Part shown: positions 1 through 6,559 of the stretch, one piece after another
How the letters are laid out: every line of letters begins with the position of its first letter
How positions within the stretch are numbered: the stretch's first letter is position 1
Notes under the pieces: generated by a model
The model's database searches: none
Seen by the model: the letters and a program-made list of their open reading frames with translations, nothing else
Told to the model about the DNA's origin: nothing
Source of the DNA: a virus
Lineage: Duplodnaviria; Caudoviricetes
Reading direction: 5' to 3' (one strand)
IMG/VR virus record: IMGVR_UViG_3300030376_000859
Coordinates: 1 to 41,351 of that record
Length of the DNA stretch: 41,351 nt
Made by a program: the position numbers and the translations under genes

Positions 1-58
1 GTACAAGTCAAGAGGAAAATTGTCGGGATGTGCTAGATTTATCTAGCCCCACAACATA

Positions 59-87
59 ATTATATAGTTATATCCCCTTGTAGTCAA
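59..87 (-). promoter_or_regulatory. sigma70-type promoter firing leftward out of the window
   Basis: Minus strand reads TTGACT (87-82), 17 nt, TATAAT (64-59). Confidence 0.8.
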
Positions 88-148
88 CACAAAATGTAGT
101 ATCGGTTACTTTTTTTACAATAAAAAATAAATCAGGGTCGGTTTTTTG

Positions 149-177
149 TTGACAAATCGTGATTTCAACAGTACAAT
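149..177 (+). promoter_or_regulatory. sigma70-type promoter for candidate small RNA
   Basis: TTGACA (149-154), 17 nt, TACAAT (172-177); A/T tracts upstream. Confidence 0.8.
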
Positions 178-183
178 GGGTCT

Positions 184-274
184 AAGCCCACAGGGAAATA
201 TACCCTCACACCCGTTTCCCCCCCTACACGTCGGTTTTGTACCCCTCTGGGAGATCCCTTTGGGGTCTTTTTTT
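184..274 (+). ncRNA. candidate ~90-nt structured small RNA
   Basis: Lies between a near-consensus promoter and a terminator with no credible ORF; 187-195 can pair with 243-251; internal TACA/TGTA hairpin with CGTCGGTTT loop. Confidence 0.55.
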
Positions 275-320
275 GTCTAAGCTCCGGGGGAATCCCCCCC
301 TACACGTCGGTTTTGTACCC
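217..320 (+). repeat. 28-bp perfect direct repeat, two copies (217-244, 293-320)
   Basis: TCCCCCCCTACACGTCGGTTTTGTACCC twice; GTCTAAGC lies upstream of each copy (180, 275). Confidence 0.95.
251..274 (+). terminator. Rho-independent terminator
   Basis: GAGATCCC-TTT-GGGGTCTT stem followed by T run. Confidence 0.75.
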
Positions 321-651
321 GTATCGATAACCCTCAAGTATAAAATTGCTGGCGACATTGCATACAGGTACCGGTACCCCCCCAGTGGCCCTTGCAACCC
401 CTATAGGGGCTTTCCCATTGCCAATACCGAGGTTTCCAGCCTGACACTTAACCCCGAATAAATCCCCGCCGGATATCCCCGCCACTATATCGCGCGGATG
501 CGTGTATTTTTTTGCCCTGCCTGACAGATTATTCATGCCGGTTATTATTTATGGTTGCTTTTACGGGCAATATTTGCAGCAAACATCACCACACCACACC
601 CCCGATTTATCCCGCCAAGTCAATACGCTGGAACACATTTAGACAACGGGC

Positions 652-686
652 AAAAAAGAACCCCGCCAGACTAGCAGAGCGGGGTC
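652..686 (-). terminator. Rho-independent terminator ending the early leftward operon
   Basis: Minus strand GACCCCGC...GCGGGGTT followed by CTTTTTT, just past the last early ORF. Confidence 0.8.
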
Positions 687-711
687 AAGTTCAGGGAGGT
701 AAAGAGTCGGT

Positions 712-876
712 TTATTCGTCGGTTTCGATTTCTTCAATCACATCTAGTAGAAGATCGCCGATAGTGTCTTCATTATCTGTTCCGCCGTGAACTCGTTTTA
801 GCTGTAACAGGTTGTGTGCTTTCAGCGTTTTGTAAACATCGACGATATTGCAGTAAGCGTTGCTAAGATCAGTCAT
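712..876 (-). CDS. hypothetical 54-aa protein (not in ORF track)
   Basis: MTDLSNAYCNIVDVYKTLKAHNLLQLKRVHGGTDNEDTIGDLLLDVIEEIETDE; starts 4 nt after the upstream stop. Confidence 0.7.
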   Translation of the reverse strand: MTDLSNAYCNIVDVYKTLKAHNLLQLKRVHGGTDNEDTIGDLLLDVIEEIETDE

Positions 877-880
877 CTTT

Positions 881-1111
881 TTACTCGTCGGTCTTAATAA
901 CTTTTAACTTTTCTGCGTAAACTTGGACGGAGTTTTCTTTTTCCCATGAGTAATAGGGGATGCCGGTTGATTTAATCAAAGCCTTGAGGCAATCCATTTG
1001 CTGATCAATGCTTTCAACAAGCTTGCTTACAGTTATCAAAGCTTCTCTATCCAATACAATAAGCTCTGATCCTTTAGTCTCTTGGGTAATGTTTAAAACT
1101 GATTTGCTCAT
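881..1111 (-). CDS. hypothetical early protein
   Basis: Start moved to MSKSV, which has an AAGGA RBS. Confidence 0.7.
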   Translation of the reverse strand: MSKSVLNITQETKGSELIVLDREALITVSKLVESIDQQMDCLKALIKSTGIPYYSWEKENSVQVYAEKLKVIKTDE

Positions 1112-1187
1112 CGGTTTATTTCCTTCTCGTCGGTTTAGGTAGACGGGACAACCATTGCCCCGCCTGATTGTTATAACCAACTAGTAA

Positions 1188-1571
1188 CTAGCTGGCAAGC
1201 TTATATGCTGATTTGGCACCCTTCCTAAATACTGTCTCAACTTTATAGCCTTTCTCTCTCAAGGTCGATATGCCCTGATAGACTGATCCTTTGGTCATTC
1301 CAGTTTCACGTATTAGCGTGTTTTTGGTCACGGCATACGTGCGACGGGCAAGGCATCGGTAAAGCTTGCCAAGCTTACTATTGGCATGAAAGCCCCGCCG
1401 CTGCCGGACGGATCGCGCCGCCTCGCGTGTCTTTTCCCCGTTCTTATCGGCAAAGAGTTCCTTCGATAACTGGGTCAAGACTCTATGCCGTTCGTCCTGC
1501 CGGATCGCTTCCTCAATACGATTGGTTAATTCGGCAAATTCTCTTACTAGTTTGGTTGGTATATTAGACAT
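1188..1571 (-). CDS. winged helix-turn-helix DNA-binding protein
   Basis: C-terminal TKNTLIRETGMTKGSVYQGISTLREKGYKVET...YKL fits a wHTH; N-terminus helical. Confidence 0.7.
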   Translation of the reverse strand: MSNIPTKLVREFAELTNRIEEAIRQDERHRVLTQLSKELFADKNGEKTREAARSVRQRRGFHANSKLGKLYRCLARRTYAVTKNTLIRETGMTKGSVYQGISTLREKGYKVETVFRKGAKSAYKLAS

Positions 1572-1602
1572 GGTTGGTTTCTTTCTGGGCTGTGCCCGTT
1601 AA

Positions 1603-1680
1603 TTAAAGGATCATTAAAATAACAGTAACAAGGGTAATGATCCAGACTACCTTGTACATATTAGCGATAAATTCACCCAT
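1603..1680 (-). CDS. 25-aa hydrophobic peptide (not in ORF track)
   Basis: MGEFIANMYKVVWIITLVTVILMIL; ATG 1 nt after the upstream stop; one TM-like segment. Confidence 0.5.
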   Translation of the reverse strand: MGEFIANMYKVVWIITLVTVILMIL

Positions 1681-1681
1681 A

Positions 1682-2689
1682 CTATGCCGCAGCCCTAGAC
1701 TCTGCCCAAGTCCAAGAAGGGCTTTCCAGCACTTGCCGCACCTTGTCGTTTCTTACTCGCTGCGTATTGGCGACGTTGTGAGTTGATTTACCAGACACCC
1801 GATCTTTTCCTGTTTTTGGATCAGTCCAAGCTTCCTGCGTATGGGTAGACCAGTGAGTTAAAGCATTATATGCCGCCCACATAGTTTGACCCAATTCGCG
1901 CTTTTCCTTGTCGAACAAATAAAGCAAATGATTCATTAGGGATTCATTCACCTGATTACCTTGTTCGGCCTGTGCTGCTCGTGTGTTTTTGTGGCAGATA
2001 GATTGCGCCAAAATTTCAGCAAACTTTGCATCATTAAGTTTTGCACCCGCCCAAAGATTCATCTTTTCACGTTGGCCTGTCCACATTTCCAAACTTCCAC
2101 CCGCCTTGCTGATTAGGGCATCCGGTGACAGGTTTTTAGTATGCTTTGCCTTTTGGTGGTAGGCCTTTTCCCCGCCAAAAACTAGCGTATTCCGGCACAA
2201 GTCACGATAGGCACCGGAGAACACTTGAAAAGACCATGACATGTCCACCGAATTAAAAACGTCCATTCGGCAGTTTACGCGGTCGGTCGAATCCCCAATT
2301 GTGGTTGATAGGTCATTAAAGTGAATTGTTCGATGTGCTCGCAGCCCGTCGTTATACACCCGATCAATTACCTTTACATTCGATAAGGGCAAGTCGGTTT
2401 CATTCAGCAATTCAGCCTGCCGCCGGAATAGTTTATCATGCGGCACCAGATTGTAAGTTTTGCCGATTGGCCTAGTGTTCAGGATTGCACCGGATGCGGT
2501 ATTTTGTAGGGCTGAATAATCCGGCATACGTTCAGCCTTACATAAAGAATAATCGTCATAGGCTTCTTCAGTGATGGCATCAATTGGCACCCGCCGGACA
2601 GAGCCGCGACGAACAAACAAATCAATGTTTGATGGATCGTTGTGTTCAACAACATTTAGATCGGTGTTTACTTCTATTACGTCGAACAT
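1682..2689 (-). CDS. DUF932-family protein
   Basis: FNSVDMS...AYRDLCRNTLV, KHT and TMWAAYNALTHWSTH motifs; AAAGGAAAGGA RBS. Confidence 0.7.
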   Translation of the reverse strand: MFDVIEVNTDLNVVEHNDPSNIDLFVRRGSVRRVPIDAITEEAYDDYSLCKAERMPDYSALQNTASGAILNTRPIGKTYNLVPHDKLFRRQAELLNETDLPLSNVKVIDRVYNDGLRAHRTIHFNDLSTTIGDSTDRVNCRMDVFNSVDMSWSFQVFSGAYRDLCRNTLVFGGEKAYHQKAKHTKNLSPDALISKAGGSLEMWTGQREKMNLWAGAKLNDAKFAEILAQSICHKNTRAAQAEQGNQVNESLMNHLLYLFDKEKRELGQTMWAAYNALTHWSTHTQEAWTDPKTGKDRVSGKSTHNVANTQRVRNDKVRQVLESPSWTWAESRAAA

Positions 2690-2950
2690 GGTAATGTTCC
2701 TTTCCTTTGGTTATGCGGGACAACCCCGCCAGACTGTTATTACATCCCCCGCCGAATCGGTCAAGGGATAAAAACGGGACGGGAAAATCTGATCCCGCCC
2801 CGCCCCATTTTGAGCAAGCCCCGCGACTCAACTTGCCCGATACTGCCCCCGCCGGTGGTAAAACCAACAAACCAATCCGGCATGACAGCCCAAAAAAGAA
2901 ATGCGCTGACAATATTTCCCAAATAATTAAGCATGGGCTGACAATATTTC

Positions 2951-3565
2951 CTAAGTTATCCCGTACCTATCCCGCCAAACCCGCCAAGTAATAGCCTGTA
3001 ATTGGTAGGGCATAATTCCGGCATCGTTCGCTGCTTCCTTGTATGCTTCCTGCAATGCTTTGTATTCGCGCACCCCAATATTTGCTCGGTCGTCAGTTAA
3101 TCCGATACGCTCATTGTAAGCTATGTTTCTTGCGTGACCATCAATAGTAACGTTGAACTCGCCCATGATGTCACAAAAGAATGACGTTATCTTTTGCCCC
3201 TTAAGCATGGCCTTTGCCCTATCATAAGCCGGACGTTCTGCCAATATATCCCAAGCTTTCTTTTTCATGGCGTGGTAGGTTGACACCTTAACTGAATCAA
3301 TACCATCACCCTTTAGAAAGGCACCGATTAAGGCATCGGCATTTTTAACGTTACGTTGCCATTTGTTATTTGGCGACAACGCAGAAATAACAGCAACGAC
3401 AAGGTAAACAGCCACCCCGTATTTATTACCAATATCATACGCAGCGTCGTAAGCTGCAGCATACCATGCCATCCCGCCTTGTATCTGTACTGGGTCAGCA
3501 TCTAGATAGCAGTGGGTAATATTATAGACTAGTTTTTTGTGAGCTAATTTAGTTGGTCGTTTCAT
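2951..3565 (-). CDS. conserved phage protein, DUF7178-like, possible HhH-GPD DNA-glycosylase fold
   Basis: SALSPNNKWQRNV, GQKITSFF, VTIDGHA and YQLQAITW motifs. Confidence 0.55.
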   Translation of the reverse strand: MKRPTKLAHKKLVYNITHCYLDADPVQIQGGMAWYAAAYDAAYDIGNKYGVAVYLVVAVISALSPNNKWQRNVKNADALIGAFLKGDGIDSVKVSTYHAMKKKAWDILAERPAYDRAKAMLKGQKITSFFCDIMGEFNVTIDGHARNIAYNERIGLTDDRANIGVREYKALQEAYKEAANDAGIMPYQLQAITWRVWRDRYGIT

Positions 3566-3602
3566 CGGTTCGGTTCCTTAGTTGGTTTAGGTTGGGTTTC
3601 TT

Positions 3603-3797
3603 CTACGGGTAATATCCGGTGTGGTCAAGTCTTTTTATTTTCTTACCCTCTCTTTCTAGCCAACAGTAGGAACAAGAAAACCGCCCATCCTCATTAGTTA
3701 GTGCGGGTTCGCCGCAAGTGTCGCAGGGATAATCTGGATTTAGTGTTGTTTTTCGTTTTGGGCTGACAAAATTTTGGCTGACATTATTTGCTGACAT
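3603..3797 (-). CDS. small zinc-finger protein
   Basis: CDTC...CSYC; AGGAG RBS. Confidence 0.7.
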   Translation of the reverse strand: MSANNVSQNFVSPKRKTTLNPDYPCDTCGEPALTNEDGRFSCSYCWLEREGKKIKRLDHTGYYP

Positions 3798-3809
3798 TAT
3801 TTCTCCTGA

Positions 3810-4052
3810 CTAAAATTTAGGTAGGTAAAGTTTACCATCTTGAAATGCGGTTGACAAAATTTTAAGCTGACAAATTTCGACGCTGACATTATTACCGTTC
3901 CATTCACCATCTCTGACAATATTCTGTAGCCGCTTTTTTTCAGCATTGACATCAAGTAAACGTGGATCGTTTGCCACGTTGGGATAGCGTGGCGTGATTG
4001 CGCTTGTCGAAACATATGCCAGTGTATGGCGGCACTCATAAGCGGTTCTCAT
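3810..4052 (-). CDS. hypothetical protein
   Basis: ATGA overlap with the upstream gene. Confidence 0.6.
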   Translation of the reverse strand: MRTAYECRHTLAYVSTSAITPRYPNVANDPRLLDVNAEKKRLQNIVRDGEWNGNNVSVEICQLKILSTAFQDGKLYLPKF

Positions 4053-4252
4053 ATGTACTTACTCCAGAAATCATGCCACGCATCCGCTAACATTTCGGCG
4101 TATTCGGTTTTGTCACGCACTCCCACCCAATCACGGTAGGGTTCCATTCCCCGTAAAAACTCCCCAAAGTGTTCGCAGCCACCAATAACCTCGTTTGCTT
4201 TACACCAAAAGTCATCTTCTAGCTGGATTGCCCAGTCGCTCATCTTACTCAT
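4049..4252 (-). CDS. hypothetical protein
   Basis: MSKMSDW start with GGGGTG RBS; overlaps the upstream stop. Confidence 0.7.
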   Translation of the reverse strand: MSKMSDWAIQLEDDFWCKANEVIGGCEHFGEFLRGMEPYRDWVGVRDKTEYAEMLADAWHDFWSKYI

Positions 4253-4493
4253 GTTCACCCCCAAAGATATCCCTGTGCTTAAACTCTGAGTGATACCACG
4301 TTTTGAACTTGTGAAAGGCTTTTAGTTTGTACGCATCCAAGTCTAAGTTTTCCCATTCGCTCAAGTTAAGTCCTTCACTGAAACCGCCATATCGCATTTC
4401 AAATTCAGAATCCAACATCGTCATCAGGGCGTTGGCTTCGGTTGCTGTCAGCATAGGGGGTTCATACATCTTTAATGTCTTTTCGTCAGTCAT
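4245..4493 (-). CDS. hypothetical protein
   Basis: MTDEK start with GAGGAG RBS. Confidence 0.7.
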   Translation of the reverse strand: MTDEKTLKMYEPPMLTATEANALMTMLDSEFEMRYGGFSEGLNLSEWENLDLDAYKLKAFHKFKTWYHSEFKHRDIFGGEHE

Positions 4494-4902
4494 TGGTTGT
4501 CTCCTCAATATGTAATACTCTGGTATTTTCACCACCGACTAAACTCACCATCTCTATGTGGGCTTGTGTCTGTGCCTCGTATTCTGTGTTAGCGTGGACA
4601 ATAACTTCACGAGTTGTCGTCGCTTCTACCTTAACTTTCCAAGTTCGTTCAATATCGCTCATCTTAAATCCCATCAAATCCATAACATCAACCGTTAACT
4701 GGTCAATCAATTCATAGACATCTTTGACATCCCAGTATTCAAACGGTTGCCAATGATTGTCACTAATAAAGGTATCTAGCTTTTCTTCGTTCCATGTATC
4801 CCAGTCACTGGGTAATGGTGTAGCTAGAAAGTTTGCTGACATACGAGCAAATATCTCTGTGTGTTTAGCTGCGTATTCAGCGTGGGTTAGTTTGGTAGCC
4901 AT
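4486..4902 (-). CDS. hypothetical protein
   Basis: MATKL start with AGGAG RBS. Confidence 0.7.
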   Translation of the reverse strand: MATKLTHAEYAAKHTEIFARMSANFLATPLPSDWDTWNEEKLDTFISDNHWQPFEYWDVKDVYELIDQLTVDVMDLMGFKMSDIERTWKVKVEATTTREVIVHANTEYEAQTQAHIEMVSLVGGENTRVLHIEETTND

Positions 4903-4934
4903 CTGGTTTCTCCTATCTGGCAGTTGATTAGTAA

Positions 4935-4963
4935 CCAATATCGGAAACAAACAGGGGTGTCAA
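4935..4963 (-). promoter_or_regulatory. probable sigma70 promoter
   Basis: TTGACA, 17 nt, TATTGG; directly after the terminator and upstream of the 4902 start. Confidence 0.5.
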
Positions 4964-4964
4964 C

Positions 4965-5004
4965 AAAAAAAGAAACGGGACTAGAAATTAATCCAGCCCC
5001 GCTC
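4965..5004 (-). terminator. Rho-independent terminator
   Basis: Minus strand GAGCGGGGCTGG...CTAGTCCCGTTT followed by CTTTTTTT. Confidence 0.75.
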
Positions 5005-5057
5005 TTCAACCAACCAAAGGAAACTACATGGGTAACCACTCCCATGCGTTCACCCTA

Positions 5058-5312
5058 CTAAGCTACTTCGTAAGGTGTCCCCAGTTTTAGCACAACTTTT
5101 TGGTTTGCGTCAAGCCACTTTTTACATTCCCACCTACTTTTTCCGACAAATAATGCAACGTGCCGCAAATAATCAATGCAGTCCTTACTCTTTACTTGCT
5201 CACGGTCGGTTTCTCCAATACGAACAGAAGATGCCGGAACACAAAGCATCCACATATAGTCAGAACGTTCGACAATTTCTATTTCTAGTCTTTTAGTTTT
5301 CAACGATATCAT
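5058..5312 (-). CDS. hypothetical protein
   Basis: Overlaps the upstream ORF end; GAGGA upstream. Confidence 0.65.
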   Translation of the reverse strand: MISLKTKRLEIEIVERSDYMWMLCVPASSVRIGETDREQVKSKDCIDYLRHVALFVGKSRWECKKWLDANQKVVLKLGTPYEVA

Positions 5313-5496
5313 CTTCTTCCTCGTAAGCTTCTATGTAAATATCTATAGATTCCCTAATCAGGTCTGCAACTGCAACTTGTTCTAAAGATGTGAGTTGTAA
5401 AGTTTTGGCTATACTTGCCAACTTATCATACTGTTTTGTTTTTAACATGACATTATATTGTTTAGTCGGTTCCAAAATTTTGTTTGGTCTTGGCAT
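5293..5496 (-). CDS. ribbon-helix-helix regulator
   Basis: QYNVML strand, helix, then VADLIRESIDIYI; AAGGA RBS. Confidence 0.65.
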   Translation of the reverse strand: MPRPNKILEPTKQYNVMLKTKQYDKLASIAKTLQLTSLEQVAVADLIRESIDIYIEAYEEEDDIVEN

Positions 5497-5620
5497 CCCG
5501 TAATTCCTTTTCAGATAATTTGTCTTTCTTTGTTTTCTTCTTATTGGGGATAACCCTGTTAGTATACTTTTTATCCCTTAGTAGTTTAGCTATCGGATTG
5601 ATTTTATTAAAATTAATCAT
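5462..5620 (-). CDS. small basic protein
   Basis: INPIAKLLRDKKY...VIPNKKK; GGGAG RBS. Confidence 0.65.
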   Translation of the reverse strand: MINFNKINPIAKLLRDKKYTNRVIPNKKKTKKDKLSEKELRDAKTKQNFGTD

Positions 5621-5644
5621 TGTCTGTTTCTCCCATAGGGGATG

Positions 5645-5725
5645 GTTAATAGATAGGTAGCATGGCCTGTCAAGTCTTGTCAACCAAAAAATGTAGTTGA
5701 CATGGTTTTCTTACGGTGCTACTCC
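5645..5725. promoter_or_regulatory. divergent promoter region between early and replication modules
   Basis: TTGACA on minus (5668-5673, 5678-5683) and on plus (5697-5702, followed after 17 nt by TACTCC with TG extension). Confidence 0.65.
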
Positions 5726-5761
5726 GGTCACATAGTTTGTAACTAGATAAAGGAAACCGAC

Positions 5762-6559
5762 ATGAAATCACCAAGCTGGCTGCAAGGCTACGTCGAATCC
5801 CTCGACATTCAGCCGCTGGGTCGGTATAGATCTGACTGTCCGGTGTGCGGTAAGAAGAATACCTTTAGCGTAAACGATGACGGAATGCAACGACTATGGT
5901 TTTGCTTTCACGCAGACTGTAACGTGTCTGGTCGTACAAATGTAACGCTGACAAAAGATTTTGCTAAGATTGCAATTAAGAAAAAACAAACGCAGCCGAT
6001 AAAAACAGAGGTGACAAAATTTGAAATACCGGACACTTTTGTTAGCCTTTCTCGTAGCTTGGATGCAGAACTTTATGTAAAGTCTGTACATGCATACGAT
6101 TCGTATCTTTCTGGTCGCGCTGATATTCGGTACGATTTTAAGCGCAACAGGGTTGCGTACTTAGTTAAACAAGGGAATGCTGTGGTGGATGCCGTAGGTC
6201 GTTCTATTGACGGAAAAGGGCCAAAGTGGTACAGGTATGGAAATTCTAGGAAACCTTATTCTGTGGGCAGAGATAGTAGAGCCATTGTTGTCGAGGACTG
6301 TGCAAGTGCTTGTTCAGTTAGTTCTTTAGTAACAGGGGTAGCTCTACTAGGTACAAGCCTACTAGACGAACATGTTGACTTCTTGCGTTCTTACAAGCAA
6401 GTTTATGTTGCCTTAGACAAAGACGCAACCGACAAGGCACTGAATATGGTAAAGGTACTTTGTCGGTCTGTTCCAACCAAATTGATGGTATTACATCGTG
6501 ATTTAAAAAACTTAACAAAGGAAGAACGAGATGACTTCATACGATCCTATATCGATTGA
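5762..6559 (+). CDS. DNA primase (zinc-binding plus TOPRIM)
   Basis: CPVC...CFHADC zinc finger; IVVED, ALLGT and ALDKDA TOPRIM motifs. Confidence 0.9.
   Translation: MKSPSWLQGYVESLDIQPLGRYRSDCPVCGKKNTFSVNDDGMQRLWFCFHADCNVSGRTNVTLTKDFAKIAIKKKQTQPIKTEVTKFEIPDTFVSLSRSLDAELYVKSVHAYDSYLSGRADIRYDFKRNRVAYLVKQGNAVVDAVGRSIDGKGPKWYRYGNSRKPYSVGRDSRAIVVEDCASACSVSSLVTGVALLGTSLLDEHVDFLRSYKQVYVALDKDATDKALNMVKVLCRSVPTKLMVLHRDLKNLTKEERDDFIRSYID

Larger units (their letters stand above)
2905..3924 (+). repeat. GCTGACAWWATTT-like direct repeat cluster, about 10 copies
   Basis: Copies at 2905, 2937, 3762, 3777, 3790, 3805, 3850, 3866, 3882, 3912 (some degenerate). Confidence 0.85.

Noticed and set aside
217-320. 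Mini-CRISPR array (28-bp repeats, 48-bp spacer)
   Set aside because: Only two repeats, the spacer contains a terminator, the repeat is not CRISPR-like and there is no cas operon
237-790. ORFs 237-461, 300-536 and 512-790
   Set aside because: No RBS; they cross terminators and repeats; the region is better explained as non-coding
2571-2991. ORFs 2571-2771, 2646-2912 and 2707-2991
   Set aside because: They overlap promoter and repeat DNA or run antisense to real genes; Pro/Gly bias reflects the GC-rich motifs
3797-4039. Alternative-frame 80-aa ORF
   Set aside because: 3810-4052 has the ATGA coupling; the alternative is not fully excluded because it also abuts the next start
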